Assembly (NCBI GenBank): GCA_015680685.1
Contig: MNCI01000286.1
Location: forward strand, 10,516 to 74,515
Reading direction: 5' to 3'
DNA from: Gnetum montanum
Lineage: Eukaryota; Plantae; Gnetophyta
Length of the DNA: 64,000 nucleotides
Of the stretch, positions 11,751 through 25,910 are shown in pieces. A model generated the notes under the pieces. That model was not told the origin of the DNA. It did no database searches and saw nothing but the letters and a program-made list of their open reading frames with translations. Within the stretch, counting starts at the first letter, position 1; every line of letters begins with the position of its first letter. The position numbers were made by a program, and so were the translations under genes.

Positions 11751-14610
11751 ATGAGGACCATAAGTGGGAGGACCTTTATAGCCCAAGGAAAAGTGACCTT
11801 CAGGAAGAAGAGGCCAACAACAGCAACAACCATAGCAACCCCAAGAGCAAGCAGCCAAGGTGACCCATGCTACTAGACCTTTTAGGGAGGAATTTGAAGT
11901 GAAATCTGTGACACAAATTTTGATACAGAAATAGGCCAATCTAGGTGAGACGAGGTGCCTAGACCAAGGTCTAACCTAGAGGTCACTCTAACAGAAGCCT
12001 ATTTGGAGAACATTAGGACCAAGAAGGTCTAACATTTTATCCTCTAAGAACTAAACTTTGGAACCTTCTTGTAACTAGCTTTTGGGAGGTTCGCACATAA
12101 TTGCAAGGGTCTCCCTTATGGCCCATTCTCTCTAACAATAGAGAATGGTACATGGGAGAGACTTACTTGTTCTAGAATAATTGGGAAGGAGATGCATCAA
12201 TGAAAATAAAGGATATCACTATCTCCTACTTGGTTGAGGCCATAGCAGAGGCCTTTAGTTTGCCCAACACATGGACAAAGTTGATGAAAATATCAACACA
12301 AGCGAACCTAGAAGTCAAGAAGGAGTGAATCTAGAAATGCTATGGGATGGACTACATGAATTATGGTGCTCTTACAAAGGTAAAGAGAGCATACTTTAAA
12401 ATTGTAGCCTATCACCTAAACCCAATAGTGAGGCCTTGTAAAGTGATAGCATTCTCTGCTTGGGCATGCACTACTCTAAGTAGAAAATTCCCAATTAAGC
12501 TACCCCAACTTATTTACCTGGAGATTGAAAAACACTTCAAAGAAAATTAGAAGGGAAGGAAGATACTCCCTATTCCATGCCTCATTCACAAGTTATGCAA
12601 AAGGGAAGGAATAACATGCTATTTGAATGATATGATCTACCACATTCTTGCCACATCTTAGAAAGAGATGATGAAGGATAATGCAATGATCAAGCTACAA
12701 AAAGAGGAGTAGCCACCACTATCACCTGTAGTCCCAAAGACTACATCAAAGATGCTCATAGAGGAGTAGCCACCACTGTCACCTGTAGTCCCAAATACTA
12801 CATCAAAGATGTTCATAGAGGAGTAGCCACCACTATCACCTATAGTCCTAAAGACTACATCAAAGATGCTCGTAGCCACTGAAAGACTCATAAAACTTTG
12901 GGCATAGGTGTTGCAACAATAGCAAGGCTTTACAAGTGATGGAGAATCCTTAATTTTCCTTCTAGTCATGAGTCATCTTAATGAGATTTATAGGATCATC
13001 ATTTGGCTAGATAGTGAAACAGCCTTGCTCTTTTCCACACAAAGGAACCAAGCAACTACTAGATCTAATTCAAGTGCTAAGGAGATCACAGTGTCTATTC
13101 TCAGACAAACATTCCCTAAGATTTTAAGTAATGTTGCAGCCTTCTCCATCATGTTGGAGAAAGGTGAAAGGAAAATGATCCTGGTCATGCCACAAAATTA
13201 TCAGAAGATAGTAGCGAATATGGTGGCTGATAAGGTTGCTGAAGCCCTAAATGCAAGACTAGACATCACTACCATGATAGACATCCATACATCTATAGGA
13301 GAAAGAGGTGGTTAAATGAGTGCTACTCAACACAAGAAGGTGTTGAAAAGACTAATTGAAGCAAAGCACCTACTTTCATATATCTTTGATCTTCTAGATG
13401 AAACCACCATAAACCATTCGAGACTACTCAAGAAGAGGGACAAATTGTTGATCGCCAATGCATAACTAAAGAAGGCCACCGCAACCAATTGGCAGTTGGC
13501 TACTAAAGTTGTTGAGTTGAAAGCTCATGTCTTTGACCTTGTGATTCTTAAACTAAAGTTGACATGAGAAGAAGCTTTCTAGTAGCTTTAATAAAAGCTT
13601 TAGATGGTTGAGAATGTGAAGGAAATAGCAATCTTTGATGCATTCATATTAGAGGCCATAACCAACAACACTTACAAGAACCTATTGTAGATTCGCAAGG
13701 AGAACTTGGCCCTCAATAAGAACATTCACCTCTTGTGAAATGCCAAGTAGTAGAAGAACCAAATGGTAAAGTTTGTATACCAATAGCAAGAGTAGCTTGC
13801 CAAGGTCAACTTGGATTTGAGAAGGTTGGCAACAGAGAATTATGATCTCTTGATAGAGGAAGTCCATGCTTTTCACCAAAAGATAGCAATTGAGGTAGCT
13901 ACTTGGAAGAATGAAGCCCTAAAATTTAAATGAGTGAAAAATCACTACAAGGAATAGGTTGGGCTACTCAAGGAGATTAATGAAAAAGAAATATAATTGG
14001 CAAGGTGAAGATGAATGAGACCCTTCATCAACTCCAACAACGAGGCAACATATGACAACCCATCTTTGATTGACTAAATGTGTATAATAAAGCAAAAATT
14101 TGCCTAAAGGAATTGCAAATTGAAGAGATGACGAATACACAAAGCTTGCCAATCTCTATTATGCAAACTGAGCAATGCTGATGATAGGAAGGCCAAGATA
14201 TGAGCTAGAGAAATAGGTTGCTAGTTCCTGGCTTCTCTATGATGTGGAATTCAAACTCCATCAATAGACAAAACAAAAGTTGGAGATAGCCAATGCAAAG
14301 CTTGAAGTTATCAAGAGGAGATTCATTGATTAATGATCTACTTAGGATGAATGACTACCAAGAGCTACAAAATCTTGTGAAGATATTCAAGATTGAACAT
14401 AACACATTCGCAGCCTAGTTTGTCAATGCGAAGGAAATGTTTCCTTCAATGTCATGCCTAAGGGATTTCCTTGCACTAGTCCATATTGACGAAGCCGCTT
14501 CAACCATATATGATCCATGGAGTAAATAAGAGAAAATGAAAGTACTTATATATGCTTTCAAAATTTTGATGGTGGCAATGATAGTAGCAAGATAGCCTCA
14601 GCCACTAGTA
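11751..14610 (+). pseudogene. Decayed 3' 'extra/env-like' ORF of an Athila-like element (plant transposon protein-like domain plus coiled-coil-like region)
   Basis: ATG 11751 follows a possible acceptor (TGTGATCATAG). Translated fragments include ETYLF*NNWEGDASMKIKDITISYLVEAIAEAFSLPNT and FPIKLPQLIYLEIEKHF..LPIPCLIHKLCKREGI, then a long E/K/L-rich stretch with many stops. A PPT and LTR follow at 14910. The end coordinate is approximate. Confidence 0.6.
12704..12880 (+). repeat. 57-bp (19-codon) tandem repeat x3
   Basis: GAGGAGTAGCCACCACTATCACCTGTAGTCCCAAAGACTACATCAAAGATGCTCATA is repeated. It encodes EE*PPLSPVVPKTTSKMLI within the decayed ORF. Confidence 0.9.
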
Positions 14611-14909
14611 GCATTGAGATGAGATGAAGGATCCTTTAAATCACAGGAACCTCCAGCTCTAGGAACAGAATGAGAATTCATCCTATCTCTAATCATTCAA
14701 GAGGTACCTGCTACAATTTTATCTAAGTATCTAATTTTGTTGTAAAGGCACTTGTTTTTATAAAAATCATATAATCTAGCACTCAAAGTTAGTTAGCATT
14801 GATCAATTTATTTATCTACCAGTAAATTCCATACTTCCCCAAATTTTGTAAGAAACTTGATTCCAATTTTGTTCACTCAAGAATAAGTTTTTAGTCAATC
14901 ATGGGGGTA

Positions 14910-15777
14910 TGATGAATAGTAATAATACAAGCTACGTCGATGTAGCCCTACTAACATCTCCTTGTTGACGCATGTTAGGATGTATTCATGTAGGTATGTT
15001 GACACTCACATAGTCATTGCCTATATAAATGCACACACCTTTTGCATTTATGGCACCTTTCAGTCTTAATCTTAGCTGAACTCTTATAGTTTCTTCCTTT
15101 AAGAGGTAGAATATTTTCTTTATGATTGCCCATAGTGTGAATTTATAAAATTATACAAAATTTCATTTGAGTGCTCATGTATCTAGACACACTGGCATGA
15201 TCAACAATAAAATCAAGATTTCTTACATCCATTGCAGCACTTAGACTAGTTTATTGTTACTTTTTCATACTTTACTTTACATGCAATTTACATTTATGTT
15301 TTCAAGTAATCAGTCATATTAATCATAAACACATGAGAATGACCACTTCGAGCATAATGTGTTAACACTTGGTAATTCCAGCAGTTGATACTTGGTACAC
15401 CTAGTAGTATACACTTGGTAACCTAGCAGCACTAATACTAGTTTAGGATGTGTATGGAAAATGGAAATAGATAGTCCATGTTAGGATAGTTAATTAGTTA
15501 ATTAATTTAATCATTAAATCTCCATTTCATTATCAAGTACCTAGGAGAAAAATATAATAAAATAATTATAAAAATAAACATATTATGCCTTAACCACACT
15601 TAACCAGACGCATAGTTAGACACAAGAGTGGATTAAGAAGATAATGACTTGCAACCACACAATTTACTATTTGGAATATATGCAACTTAGGTAACTAAGT
15701 CTACACAATGCGGCCAAATTGTTGGTGAACACTTGTGATTTGTATGGTTAAGCATAGGGGATACCCACCACTCATTA
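14910..15777 (+). mobile_element. 3' LTR of decayed Athila-like element
   Basis: Starts TGATGAA directly after the PPT-like ATGGGGGTA and has a TATA (CCTATATAAAT) at ~15020. It ends GGGGATACCCACCACTCATTA, similar to the other LTRs of this family in the window. Confidence 0.7.
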
Positions 15778-18132
15778 AAAGGTTTAAAAACTTATGGAAA
15801 CTTGAGATTCACTGAAAGCCTAGTTTTTTCTTGGTCTTTATTATGTACAGGCCTTCCTATTGAATGTTGATTATGATTTCTTAGTTTTAATAATCTAGTT
15901 TATCTAGTTTTCTCTCACGAATACTATATTGAAATATTGAATATGTCATAGATGAGTAGACCTATATTGAATTTTTTTTACATACTATTTTTTACTCAAC
16001 AAGCTTTGCAATGGTGTTTTTCAATTCTTGGATTTAAAAAACTCTAGAATTCTTTTGCATATGCCATTTTTGTAGGGACAATACATAACAACACTTTTGA
16101 TATTTTTGGAATATGCTTAGGCTTTGTCATTTTTTGCATTTAGAATCATAAATTTGATGTGATTTATAAGAGACATTCTACAGTGAAAAGCTTAAATTTT
16201 TATATGAACTTTTTATTTTAGGTTTATGGAAAAAGAATGAGGTACCCTATGGATATTAATTCTCTCTTTTCTTCCTTATGTGCATGGAAAATGCTCCTTG
16301 TGCTAATTTTCAATTTCTTCTTAAAGGTTTATGATTTTCTATCTTTTGTAATTTAGACTGCTTTTTGGTTTATTTTAATTCATAAGAAGCTTGTTGTTAG
16401 AAGTAAAAACCTAAAAGAACACTTCAAATTAAGAGTAAGGCTTAATTCCTTTCTTACCCTATAGGGGAGGCCCTTTAGGATTGGTTGCAAGGGTAAAAAC
16501 TAGTATTGTCGCCTCCAAAAGTGTGGAACCTTTTCTTTCTCTCTCAATAGTGTTAATGTTATTTTTAAGCTATATTGTAATGCACTTTATGTCTAGTTAA
16601 CTTGGTCATTAACTAAATTATCATTGACGTGAATGTATTATTTCTATTTATTAACATATTTTTTTGGGCTTTTGGGAGTCTACCATGATAATTCCCTTAA
16701 AGTATAAGTGAGCATGAACTATTCTAAAATCTAACCTTTTAAAAAATAATTTGTAGTACTTTCTTGCATATCAAAGGCATGTCTTCATGGTAAGGTGGTG
16801 ATTCTAGATACACACTAGTCTACAAATTGCAATATTTTAGTTAACATGTACAAGTTGAAACTTGAATAAGGACTTACAAGATCTTGACATTTGAAGATCT
16901 CAATTGGTTGTTGAAAATCTCAATTGTAAAGCTTGTGAACTAAGAAAGTTTGAAATAAATCACTTTCCAAGAAAGGATGCTGGGTCACAAGCTTGCATTA
17001 ATCTGGTTTGAATGAACTTGTCCAAACTAATGTACAATGAATTTAGTAAGTTAATACTTATTCATCTTGGTTTTTCATCCAAGGATAACTTGAGAAAGAG
17101 AGAGGGACAAGAGTGTCCAAAAGGAACTAAGGAAGAGTTTAAAAAGAGAATGGGAGGCAAGAGTGAGAGCACTTGAAAAAGATTGAGGGAATCTTTGATG
17201 AGTGTTATCTTGTCTTTAGATTTGGTACTCCAAGTGTTAGCCATTTGAGAGATTGAGAGGGAACATGTGTGGCCTTTAAGATCTTTAGGAGAGTTTGAGG
17301 TAAACTTGACTACTCTTTATTGATGTAATTCTCTATTTAAAAGTGATTACTAGAAGAAGAGTTTCTCCATTTTTTGTTTTGTTATTCTTCTAAGCTAATT
17401 TAGCTTGAAAGGAATATAGAATGAATCCTTTTAAAAGTTGTTGAGGCAACTCCTTATGAGACGACCAAGGATTAAACCTTAGACTTGATTTAACTAATTC
17501 AATCATGAGCCGGAGACACAAACCACATGCTTTAAGAGGAGAAGTATATTCAATCAACTTTGCTTAACTCTCGAATCATATCATTGCCTGTCATTGAGCA
17601 CACGAACAAAAAATAAAATAACCGAGCCAAAGAATCATGTACTGTGATGGAGATGGAGGTGACACACCGCATGCATGCATGCAAGGGCTAGCCTTACAGC
17701 TACGGAGAGGCTTGCAGAGGAACCATGTCCAGATAGATAGCGGCGCAGCAGCATGCTATGTTTTACTCCATGATGCTGCAGAAACAAAGCACTGAAAGTG
17801 GCACCGTTTTTGGTTTGCAACCACCTCAATAGGTAGGAATCCCGTGGAGGAAACAGCTAATAAGACACAAACAAGGTGGGGACTCCATGTCACATGAAAT
17901 GAAACAACAGTGGCGGTGACGGCGACGCCAAAGGGGATTCCTGTGACTGCCACACATGCCATACCTGCATAATGCCACAAAAGTAGCATCTACCCCCCAC
18001 TGCTTTCAGGGATGCTGTCTCTCTACCTATGACCCACCACCAAGCTGGCCTTGCTCTCCAACACCATCATATATTGCATTTCATGTACCATGGCAATAAA
18101 CGAGACCGATTAGCCTGGCCACCCACCCACCC

Positions 18133-19404
18133 ATGCTCAGAAAGCCTCCTCCCCACAAAGCCAACGATCTTGCATGGGAGGCCATGGCAAGGCTTGGCCG
18201 TCCCCCTCTCCCGGAAGACTTTCGCCTCCTGCGTCATCTCGGGAGTGGGGAGGCCGGCCGGGTCTACCTTTGTGAGTTACGCAACAACACCACCAGTGCT
18301 ACCACTGGTGGTGTTGTTGCAAACACCAACCACAGCGGCTGCGTGTTGTTCGCTATGAAAGTGATCGACACACGTCGTTGTCGCCGTGGTCGTCGCTGCC
18401 GCGGAGAGGAACGGGCGGCCCCCGCCAGCACCGCGGGCGGGNNNNNNNNNNNNNNNNNNNNNNNNNNNNNNNNNNNNNNNNNNNNNNNNNNNNNNNNNNN
18501 NNNNNNNNNNNNNNNNNNNNNNNNNNNNNNNNNNNNNNNNNNNNNNNNNNNNNNNNNNNNNNNNNNNNNNNNNNNNNNNNNNNNNNNNNNNNNNNNNNNN
18601 NNNNNNNNNNNNNNNNNNNNNNNNNNNNNNNNNNNNNNNNNNNNNNNNNNNNNNNNNNNNNNNNNNNNNNNNNNNNNNNNNNNNNNNNNNNNNNNNNNNN
18701 NNNNNNNNNNNNNNNNNNNNNNNNNNNNNNNGCTCCGCCGCTTCGGCGTCCGCGCCGCGCGCTTCTACGCCGCCGAGGTCGTCGTCGCGCTGGAGTACCT
18801 CCACGCGCTCGGGGTCGTCTACCGCGACCTGAAGCCCGAGAACATACTCCTCCGAGCCGACGGTCACATCATGCTCTCCGACTTCGACCTCGCTCTACTC
18901 CCACCCCCACCCCCACCGCCCGGCCGCGGTCCCATCGACGTCAACCGTGGCGGCGCCGGTGGCATCGCGGTCGGGGACAGCGCCAGCGTGGTGCGGTCGC
19001 TGTCGTTGGTGGGGACCCACGAGTACGTGGCGCCGGAGGTGGTGGCAGGGCGAGGCCACGGCGCCGCCGTGGACTGGTGGGCCCTGGGGGTGCTGCTGCA
19101 CGAGCTTCTGTATGGGACCACCCCCTTCCGTGGGCCCGACCATGCGTCCACGCTGGCCAACATCGTAGCGGCGCCGCTTCGTCTGCCACCCCCGCGGCAC
19201 GGCGATTCGGCTGCCCGGGAGCTCATTGGGCGGCTGCTTGTGAAGGACCCTGCGGGGCGCCTCGCACGTGCGGGGGATGTGAAACGACAGCCCTTCTTTA
19301 AGGGCCTGCACTGGGCCCTCATACGCTGCTGCCGGCCTCCGCCCCTTGAGCTACCCTCCCCGCCCCTTACCACCGTTTTTCGGCACCGCTCAGCTTTTTC
19401 GTGA
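18133..19404 (+). CDS. AGCVIII-family Ser/Thr protein kinase (PINOID/WAG/D6PK-related), apparently intronless; middle in N gap
   Basis: Motifs [63 protein letters not shown] (the AGCVIII DFD), an insert, [17 protein letters not shown] and GLHWALIRC. Confidence 0.92.
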   Translation: MLRKPPPHKANDLAWEAMARLGRPPLPEDFRLLRHLGSGEAGRVYLCELRNNTTSATTGGVVANTNHSGCVLFAMKVIDTRRCRRGRRCRGEERAAPASTAGGXXXXXXXXXXXXXXXXXXXXXXXXXXXXXXXXXXXXXXXXXXXXXXXXXXXXXXXXXXXXXXXXXXXXXXXXXXXXXXXXXXXXXXXXXXXXXXXXXLRRFGVRAARFYAAEVVVALEYLHALGVVYRDLKPENILLRADGHIMLSDFDLALLPPPPPPPGRGPIDVNRGGAGGIAVGDSASVVRSLSLVGTHEYVAPEVVAGRGHGAAVDWWALGVLLHELLYGTTPFRGPDHASTLANIVAAPLRLPPPRHGDSAARELIGRLLVKDPAGRLARAGDVKRQPFFKGLHWALIRCCRPPPLELPSPPLTTVFRHRSAFS

Positions 19405-21883
19405 TCATGTTAGGTCAAGCGTTTATAGCCTTCTTGTGAAGGTTGGCTTTGAGCTTCTTTTGTGTGCTGTGCTTGGCAAGAAGAAGACTTTTTAGATTTG
19501 GTAACTACGTTATGGTTTGTGGATGGGTAAGCCTTAGTTCTAAAATTATAATTTGATAATATGTTTTGGGGTGAAGTATTGGTTAAAATTTGTTTGGGTT
19601 TAAGTTGGAAGTTTTTGTGCAATGCCTCTTATGTTGGAGAGGCAGGATAGTAGAGTGCTTGTTTGAGCTATGCTCTTGCTTTAAAAGTGAGTTACACTTA
19701 AGGGACGTTATGCTGCTCCATGGTTCTTCAAAAGTATATATTGGCTATACCATGTCAGCTGTATGTCTTGGGATATAGTTATAGTCATTCTTTTGATTCG
19801 AACACCCTTGATAATGGTTTGGGTTCAAGCTTGGCCACAAAAACTCTACAAAGAACATATACCCTAATGGAGGGGCTATGTGTTTGTTTCTCAAATTGTG
19901 GCAACAACCCTAAACTATCTTTTACATTGATCGTCAAGCATGCTTATTTTTCAAGTACTAATTGTTAGGCTCAAGATTAAATGTAACCATGTTAAAAAGG
20001 ACATATTTAAAGTGTGAAAGTATCATTTAAGCCATAAAATAATGTACTTGTTTTTTAAAGTGTGAAAGTTAGGTTGAGCTGGTGACAACCACCCTACCCT
20101 ATTAAAGTACTAAGGTGGTTAACAAGACAAGCATTGAGACTGGCGTGATGAAATTATTATTTTTCACTGAACTGTATATGTATATGAAAGAAAGCGTATT
20201 TCAGTCCAATCTCCATGGTCTGTTAAAGCAGAGGCCTCGATCCATACTGACATAGCGTTCAGCCTTGAAGGAAACAATCAATCTCCTTTTCCGTTGCAAC
20301 TGTTTTTATCCAATGAACCAGGGCCATGCACGAAATAATTTATTTATTTATGTTAGCAGGCTTTTGCTTTTGGCTTCCTCCTCGTAAGACGGCAACTCAA
20401 AAGCTGTCGCTTCAGCTTGGGTATACTTTACAGCAAGTATATGAAATATAGTACGTTTCTGGCATCCCTTGGCTTGAAAGGGTCTGGTTGTAATTCTTAT
20501 AAAATCTTTTTCTCACTTTCTTTTAGACAAGGTTATTATTTTTTAAGTTGAAGGAGTCTGGGTGCAGTTATTTGAAAAGGTAAATTCAGAGTCTTGGTGC
20601 AGTTGAAGGTTATCCTCGAGTCATTTTATGCATAATTCTGCGAGTATGGATAACGACTGAAGTACGTGTTTTGAGCGTCTTACAAAAGGACGAACATTCA
20701 AGGAACACAAAATTTTGTCGTCTTTGCAAGACGATTCCTTATTGCGAAAAGATTCAGAGGCTGTGAAAGTGTGTAAAACTGTTTCCAAGAAAATGAAGCC
20801 GAATCATTTGTGTATATCATTTTCTTTTATCCTGTGAAATGTCGTAAAAATCTAAGATCAGAGTACTTTGATCATGTTTTTATATTGAAGCTAGCTTAGC
20901 TTATGTATTAATAGAAGCTTGTAGCAAAAAAAACTTAGTCCTCTGTGTGATTCCTTACCTCAAAATTGGATAGATTGAAACCTAAGGATTTGAACCTCTT
21001 TAAGAGTTTAAGATCATTTAATCGCACAGCTTTATATATATAAGCTTTTATAAATAATAATTCAAGTTTTAAAGTTACTCTTCAAAAGTGACTACTGCTC
21101 GGATGTATACTACACGTGAACTTTATTTGGGCACCAGCCATACGATCACCGCAAAAACATGAGCCAATTTTACATAGTAAAGAAAGGTTTTTAAGGCTGT
21201 CACATGATGGAAGGTAAGGTTTATCTCTGCAGCCCCTTGTATATGAAATGGATTACATAGCTGCTGCTGGATGATTTGCAATGCAAGCAATAATTGACAT
21301 TTTCAGATTTTTAAGAAGCTAAGGCTGAAAGTTCGTTCTCGGTTCCCTGTACAGGTAAGTTTTTTGCACCTACTTTCTTAAACTGTTAAACATAATTATT
21401 TTCTCAATGCTGTTGGTGAAAAACTATGCTGCGGCGTTGTTAAATTAAAAGAATATTCACCATTTCCCAAACACATAGAATAGCAGGGTGGTAAACCCGG
21501 CCCATCATAAAAACCGTTGAATGCAGGTGTTTCAACCGAAAGTGAAAATAAGAAGAGACTTGGAAAGTTACTCCAAAGTTGGCTTAAGTGCTTCCCTATC
21601 GGCCTCTTAAACAAAAGTTTCAAATTATGTTATAGTTAATAGACGATCTATGCAATTAAAGACACCGGCGCTGTGGGATTGAAAATAATGGCCGAAAATT
21701 TTTTCTACAGAATGCCAACATGTGTTTGCTAAAGAAGATATAATTATTGCAGCTCTGCAGCTGGGTACCTCTGGTTGCTTTTGACTCATTGCCAATTTGC
21801 CATTGGCATTGAAGTTGGAAGACTACAAAAGGACCCGTGGTTCTTATTATGTTAGTGATAAATAGTAAATACAAAAAAAAAAT

Positions 21884-22900
21884 TGAAGATAATTCATCAG
21901 CTATTCAATTTATTATTCTCTGAGGTTAATAGCTTTTTGGTCGATTGCGTCAATGCAACGGTGATTGGCACATCAATGTTGACACAATGATAATAAATGC
22001 CTATATAAATGTATCACCAATGGTATTTATAACATCTTTCATGAATTCATTGTAGCCAAACTTTATATATAAATGTATCATCAATGGTATTTATAACATC
22101 TTTCATTCATTCATTGTAGCCAAACTTTATGAGTTTGTTTTCCTTGGAGTTAGAACACATAGTGAGTGTCCACAAAGTGAAGTTAACTTAATTGACAAAT
22201 TTTATTAGAGTGATCATGTACCTAAACACATTTTTATAAATGACAATAAGATCAAGATTGATTTACCTTCATTGCATCACTCTAACTCAGTTTAATATTT
22301 TCTTAATTGCAATTTTACTTTCATTGTTATTTCCATTTATGCATTTCGATTAATCTTTTTAATTCCAAACATACAATAGTTACGGTGGAATAAGTATGAT
22401 TAGTTTTGAGCATAACATATATCATTTGGTAATACTAGAAATGCTCTTACTTGGTATGTCTAGCAATAATCACTTGGTAAAGCAAGTATGTCTAGCAATA
22501 ATCACTTGGTAAAGCAATAGCAATTATGTGAGTTTAGGATGTGTACACAAAACCAAGAATGGGTACTTATTGTCTAGAATAGCTTATATCTTAATTTCCA
22601 TGCTTAGATTAAATAGACTAATTTGCTTTAATAATATCTTAGTTATAGCCCCACAACATCATTCATCATACACCTTAGTTATACTTAAACATACGCACTA
22701 AGGGCCATACAAGTATAACTAGAAAGACAACAACTTGTGATCACATTTAACTATCTAGGTGCCACAGTAGTCCAATCCACAAATTATAATTAGGTCACTT
22801 ATGTACACATGTGATTTGTATGGTTAGACATTAGGGATACTCTATTGCTCATTATTGGTGCCACTATCAAGAATTGGTGCTAGTGATCTAGATAGTTAGA
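21884..22900 (+). mobile_element. Truncated Athila-like 5' LTR with degenerate PBS and start of 5' UTR
   Basis: The LTR ends GGGATACTCTATTGCTCATTA (22854). It is followed by TGGTGCCACTATCAAGAA and TGGTGCTAGTGATCTAGAT, matching the leader of the 27650-34677 element. The start is approximate. Confidence 0.6.
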
Positions 22901-24120
22901 ATTATTCATGTTCAATGTTTGTACTTAAATAATTTATCAGTCAAAAAATAATATCATTTTACTTAAGACACATACAGTAATTCCAATATGCCTTCTTCTT
23001 GTAGGAAAAATTCTCCACCTATTAATGATTCTAATAGGGCACATGACAAAATAATAAGAAGCAAGGATGAAATTTCCTACCAAGTAGAGATAGTCTACAA
23101 GCATCTACGTAGAGAGGATGGGATATAGGACACACTAGTTAAGAAGAAGAAGTGGTAGAAGTGGTGGTGTTAAGATATTTATAGAAGAAATAAGGGTCGG
23201 AAGATGAGTTTGAACTAAAATATTTTTTTCAAAAATATTTACCCCCATGATATATAGTCAAAAAAAGGAATTATAGGGGTTGTTGAACCCTAAAAATAAT
23301 ATTGATAACAATAGTAATAAAATAGTTAGAGTACATTATATGCTTAAAACGAAGTAGAGAATATCCAAAATAACATAGAAAGGAAAATCTTTATAATTAT
23401 AGGGATATCTCATCCAATGTAATTACAAAATAATCTTAAAAAGTCAAAGAGAGAAAAATTAATTATTAGTTGGGAGGATAACCCTTGCTCTAATAACATT
23501 TACATAATTTTCAACATTCGTGCTTAAACTTAAAATAACTAAAGGAATTGAAGTGATGATAGAAAGCTATGACATCATATTAGCATTTGAAAACATATAA
23601 AAATTTGGTGGCACATCATCTACATCAACATTGATTTATTGCTTAATATTAACTTTGCATCAATAACCATTAGCCATATCTTTCTTCTTAACATTTGGTT
23701 TGATCTTTGAGTTCACATTAGTTTTGTTAGATAAAGGTAAATTTACCTTATGAATTATTTGTTTAGATTGATCAATACTTCTTATAGTACAAGTAAAAAT
23801 ATGTGCAAAAGCTTTTATCTTCCTTGTTTTCTTTGTTCCCATTTGATTATTCTTACTCTTGACATTAACATGACTTTTTATATCTTCATCTTTAACTTAT
23901 TTTATCCTAACATCAACTTCAATATTTTTTTCTTCTTTTTCTTAGTATCTTTTTTCTTGAGTAGAGAATGACAAATATTAAATAAATGTCATTCATGATA
24001 ATAAAAGTTGTAAGATTTAGAAAGATTATAATATGTAATTGGTTGAATATAAGTCTTCTCACTTGCTTGTAATAACAATTTCTTTTTCTAATTAAGAAGA
24101 TTAATTTTAATAGAAAATGT

Positions 24121-24967
24121 TGATGAGCGCTAAGGTACCCCTACGCCCAACCATACAAATACAAGCATTCATGCGTGATCTAGTCAAACTCCAAGGATTA
24201 AGTGCTTATGCACCTACGCAGAACAAGAATGAATTATGCAGTCATTGTCTTTCCAAGCTTACTTGTAAGGCACAATTGTATGGTTAAGTAAACTTGAGGT
24301 ATATGATTTTTATGTTGTTTTTTATGTTTTCTATCTTGGTCTCCTAAGTGTGTGTGCAATGAAAATATTTAACTAATGGGTTTTTTGTAACTTTAATGTG
24401 ACTCAAATCCTAACACCAGCATTTGTTCCTACTCTCTGAACACATCCTGAACCTGTGTAACACTACTGGGATTACCAAATGCTAGTCGTTACTAGGTTAC
24501 CAAGTGTTCCACGTATGCTCGAAGTGGTCATGCTAAGTGTGCTAATTCATTGATAATTAATAATTCTATGGAAATAACATCAATTAACTACTAAAAGCAT
24601 CAAATAACAATAAATAACATTAAATGCAATAATTAAGCTATTCTGAATGTTGCAAGGTTCATCACAAAGTTCGTCTTTATTTCCAGACACAAGGTGTGCT
24701 TAGGTACACAATGCTCAAATAAAGATTTGTTCACTCTATGACTTCTACTATAAGCACTCAGAAATAATTCTAACTCTAGAATAGAAAAACTACAAGAGTT
24801 CAGCTAAGGGATTGAGAAAAACTACTTACAACCAAGCACCCGTGTCTCTTTTTATAGATAATGAGATAGGTTTTGACATCGTGTGCCCGATATTGAGGAT
24901 CCAATGTCGATATCGTGTATTCGATATCACAGATTTGATATCGAGTCACTTATTTGGTGACTCATCA
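24121..24967 (-). mobile_element. Solo LTR, Athila-like family
   Basis: TGATGAG...CTCATCA termini with flanks AATGT / AGTGT (4/5 TSD match). Similar to LTRs 27650-28622 and 33738-34677. Confidence 0.8.
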
Positions 24968-25350
24968 AGTGTCTACAAAAACAAAATGATATAGAAATAG
25001 ATTTCATATGCTAAATAGGACTAATAAGAATAATAATTTATTTGAAAATTCAATAGAAGATTAAATAGCTTGATAAAACATGGAACTTTAAAATATTCTT
25101 TAGATTGAATATTAAAATCTAGAGTTGACTTACAAATAATCAACACTACATGATTATGTATAAATGACCTTATATCTAGGGTACACTGCACCATTGAAGC
25201 ATTACCTAGCTTAATGAGTAGGAAAAATGAGAATAATACATAACATGAAGAACTTGAATATCGTGTTTTTACATCACAATACGAGATATTAGCCTAGTGG
25301 TAAGACTCTTGATTTGGAGACTTTAAGTCATGGGTTCAATTTTGGTGGGT

Positions 25351-25910
25351 AATGCTCAGTTATAAAGTTCTATGTGAATTATATTTCTTGGGGTGTACAT
25401 ATGTTTCAATTATTTTAGGTTCTAACACCCATATTTTTTCATCATATTATTTAACTATGAAGAAAAATTTTAATTATGATGCAGATAACCCAAAATTTGA
25501 ATGAACACATCATGATGTAAGATCAACAACTAGTGACTCATATACATCATTAATAAGAACAAAATTAGGTGTTTTAATTACATCAGTATCACTAGAAGAA
25601 GGCATCACGAATCCTTACTTACCAACTTCTAATGCTAAGTTATAAAGTTCTATGTGAATTATATTTCTTGGGGTGTACCTATGTTTCAATTATTTTAGGT
25701 TCTAACACCCATATTTTTTCATCATATTATTTAACTATGAAGAAAAATTTTGATTATGATGTAGATAACCCAAAATTTGAATGAACACATCATGATGTAA
25801 GATCAACAACTAGTGACTCATATACATCATTAATAAGAACAAAATTAGGTGTTTCTATTACATCAGTATCACTAGAAGAAGGCATCACAAATCCTTACTT
25901 ACCAACTTCT
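25351..25910. repeat. 280-bp direct tandem duplication
   Basis: Near-identical copies start at 25351 and 25631 (AATGCT.AGTTATAAAGTTC...ACCAACTTCT). Confidence 0.95.

Noticed and set aside
18378-19373. Overlapping alternative-frame and antisense ORFs over the kinase
   Set aside because: Expected from very high GC and few stop codons; they contain no recognisable motifs.
23281-23516. Possible short Copia LTR (TGTTG...CAACA)
   Set aside because: No partner LTR, TSD or clear PBS/PPT.
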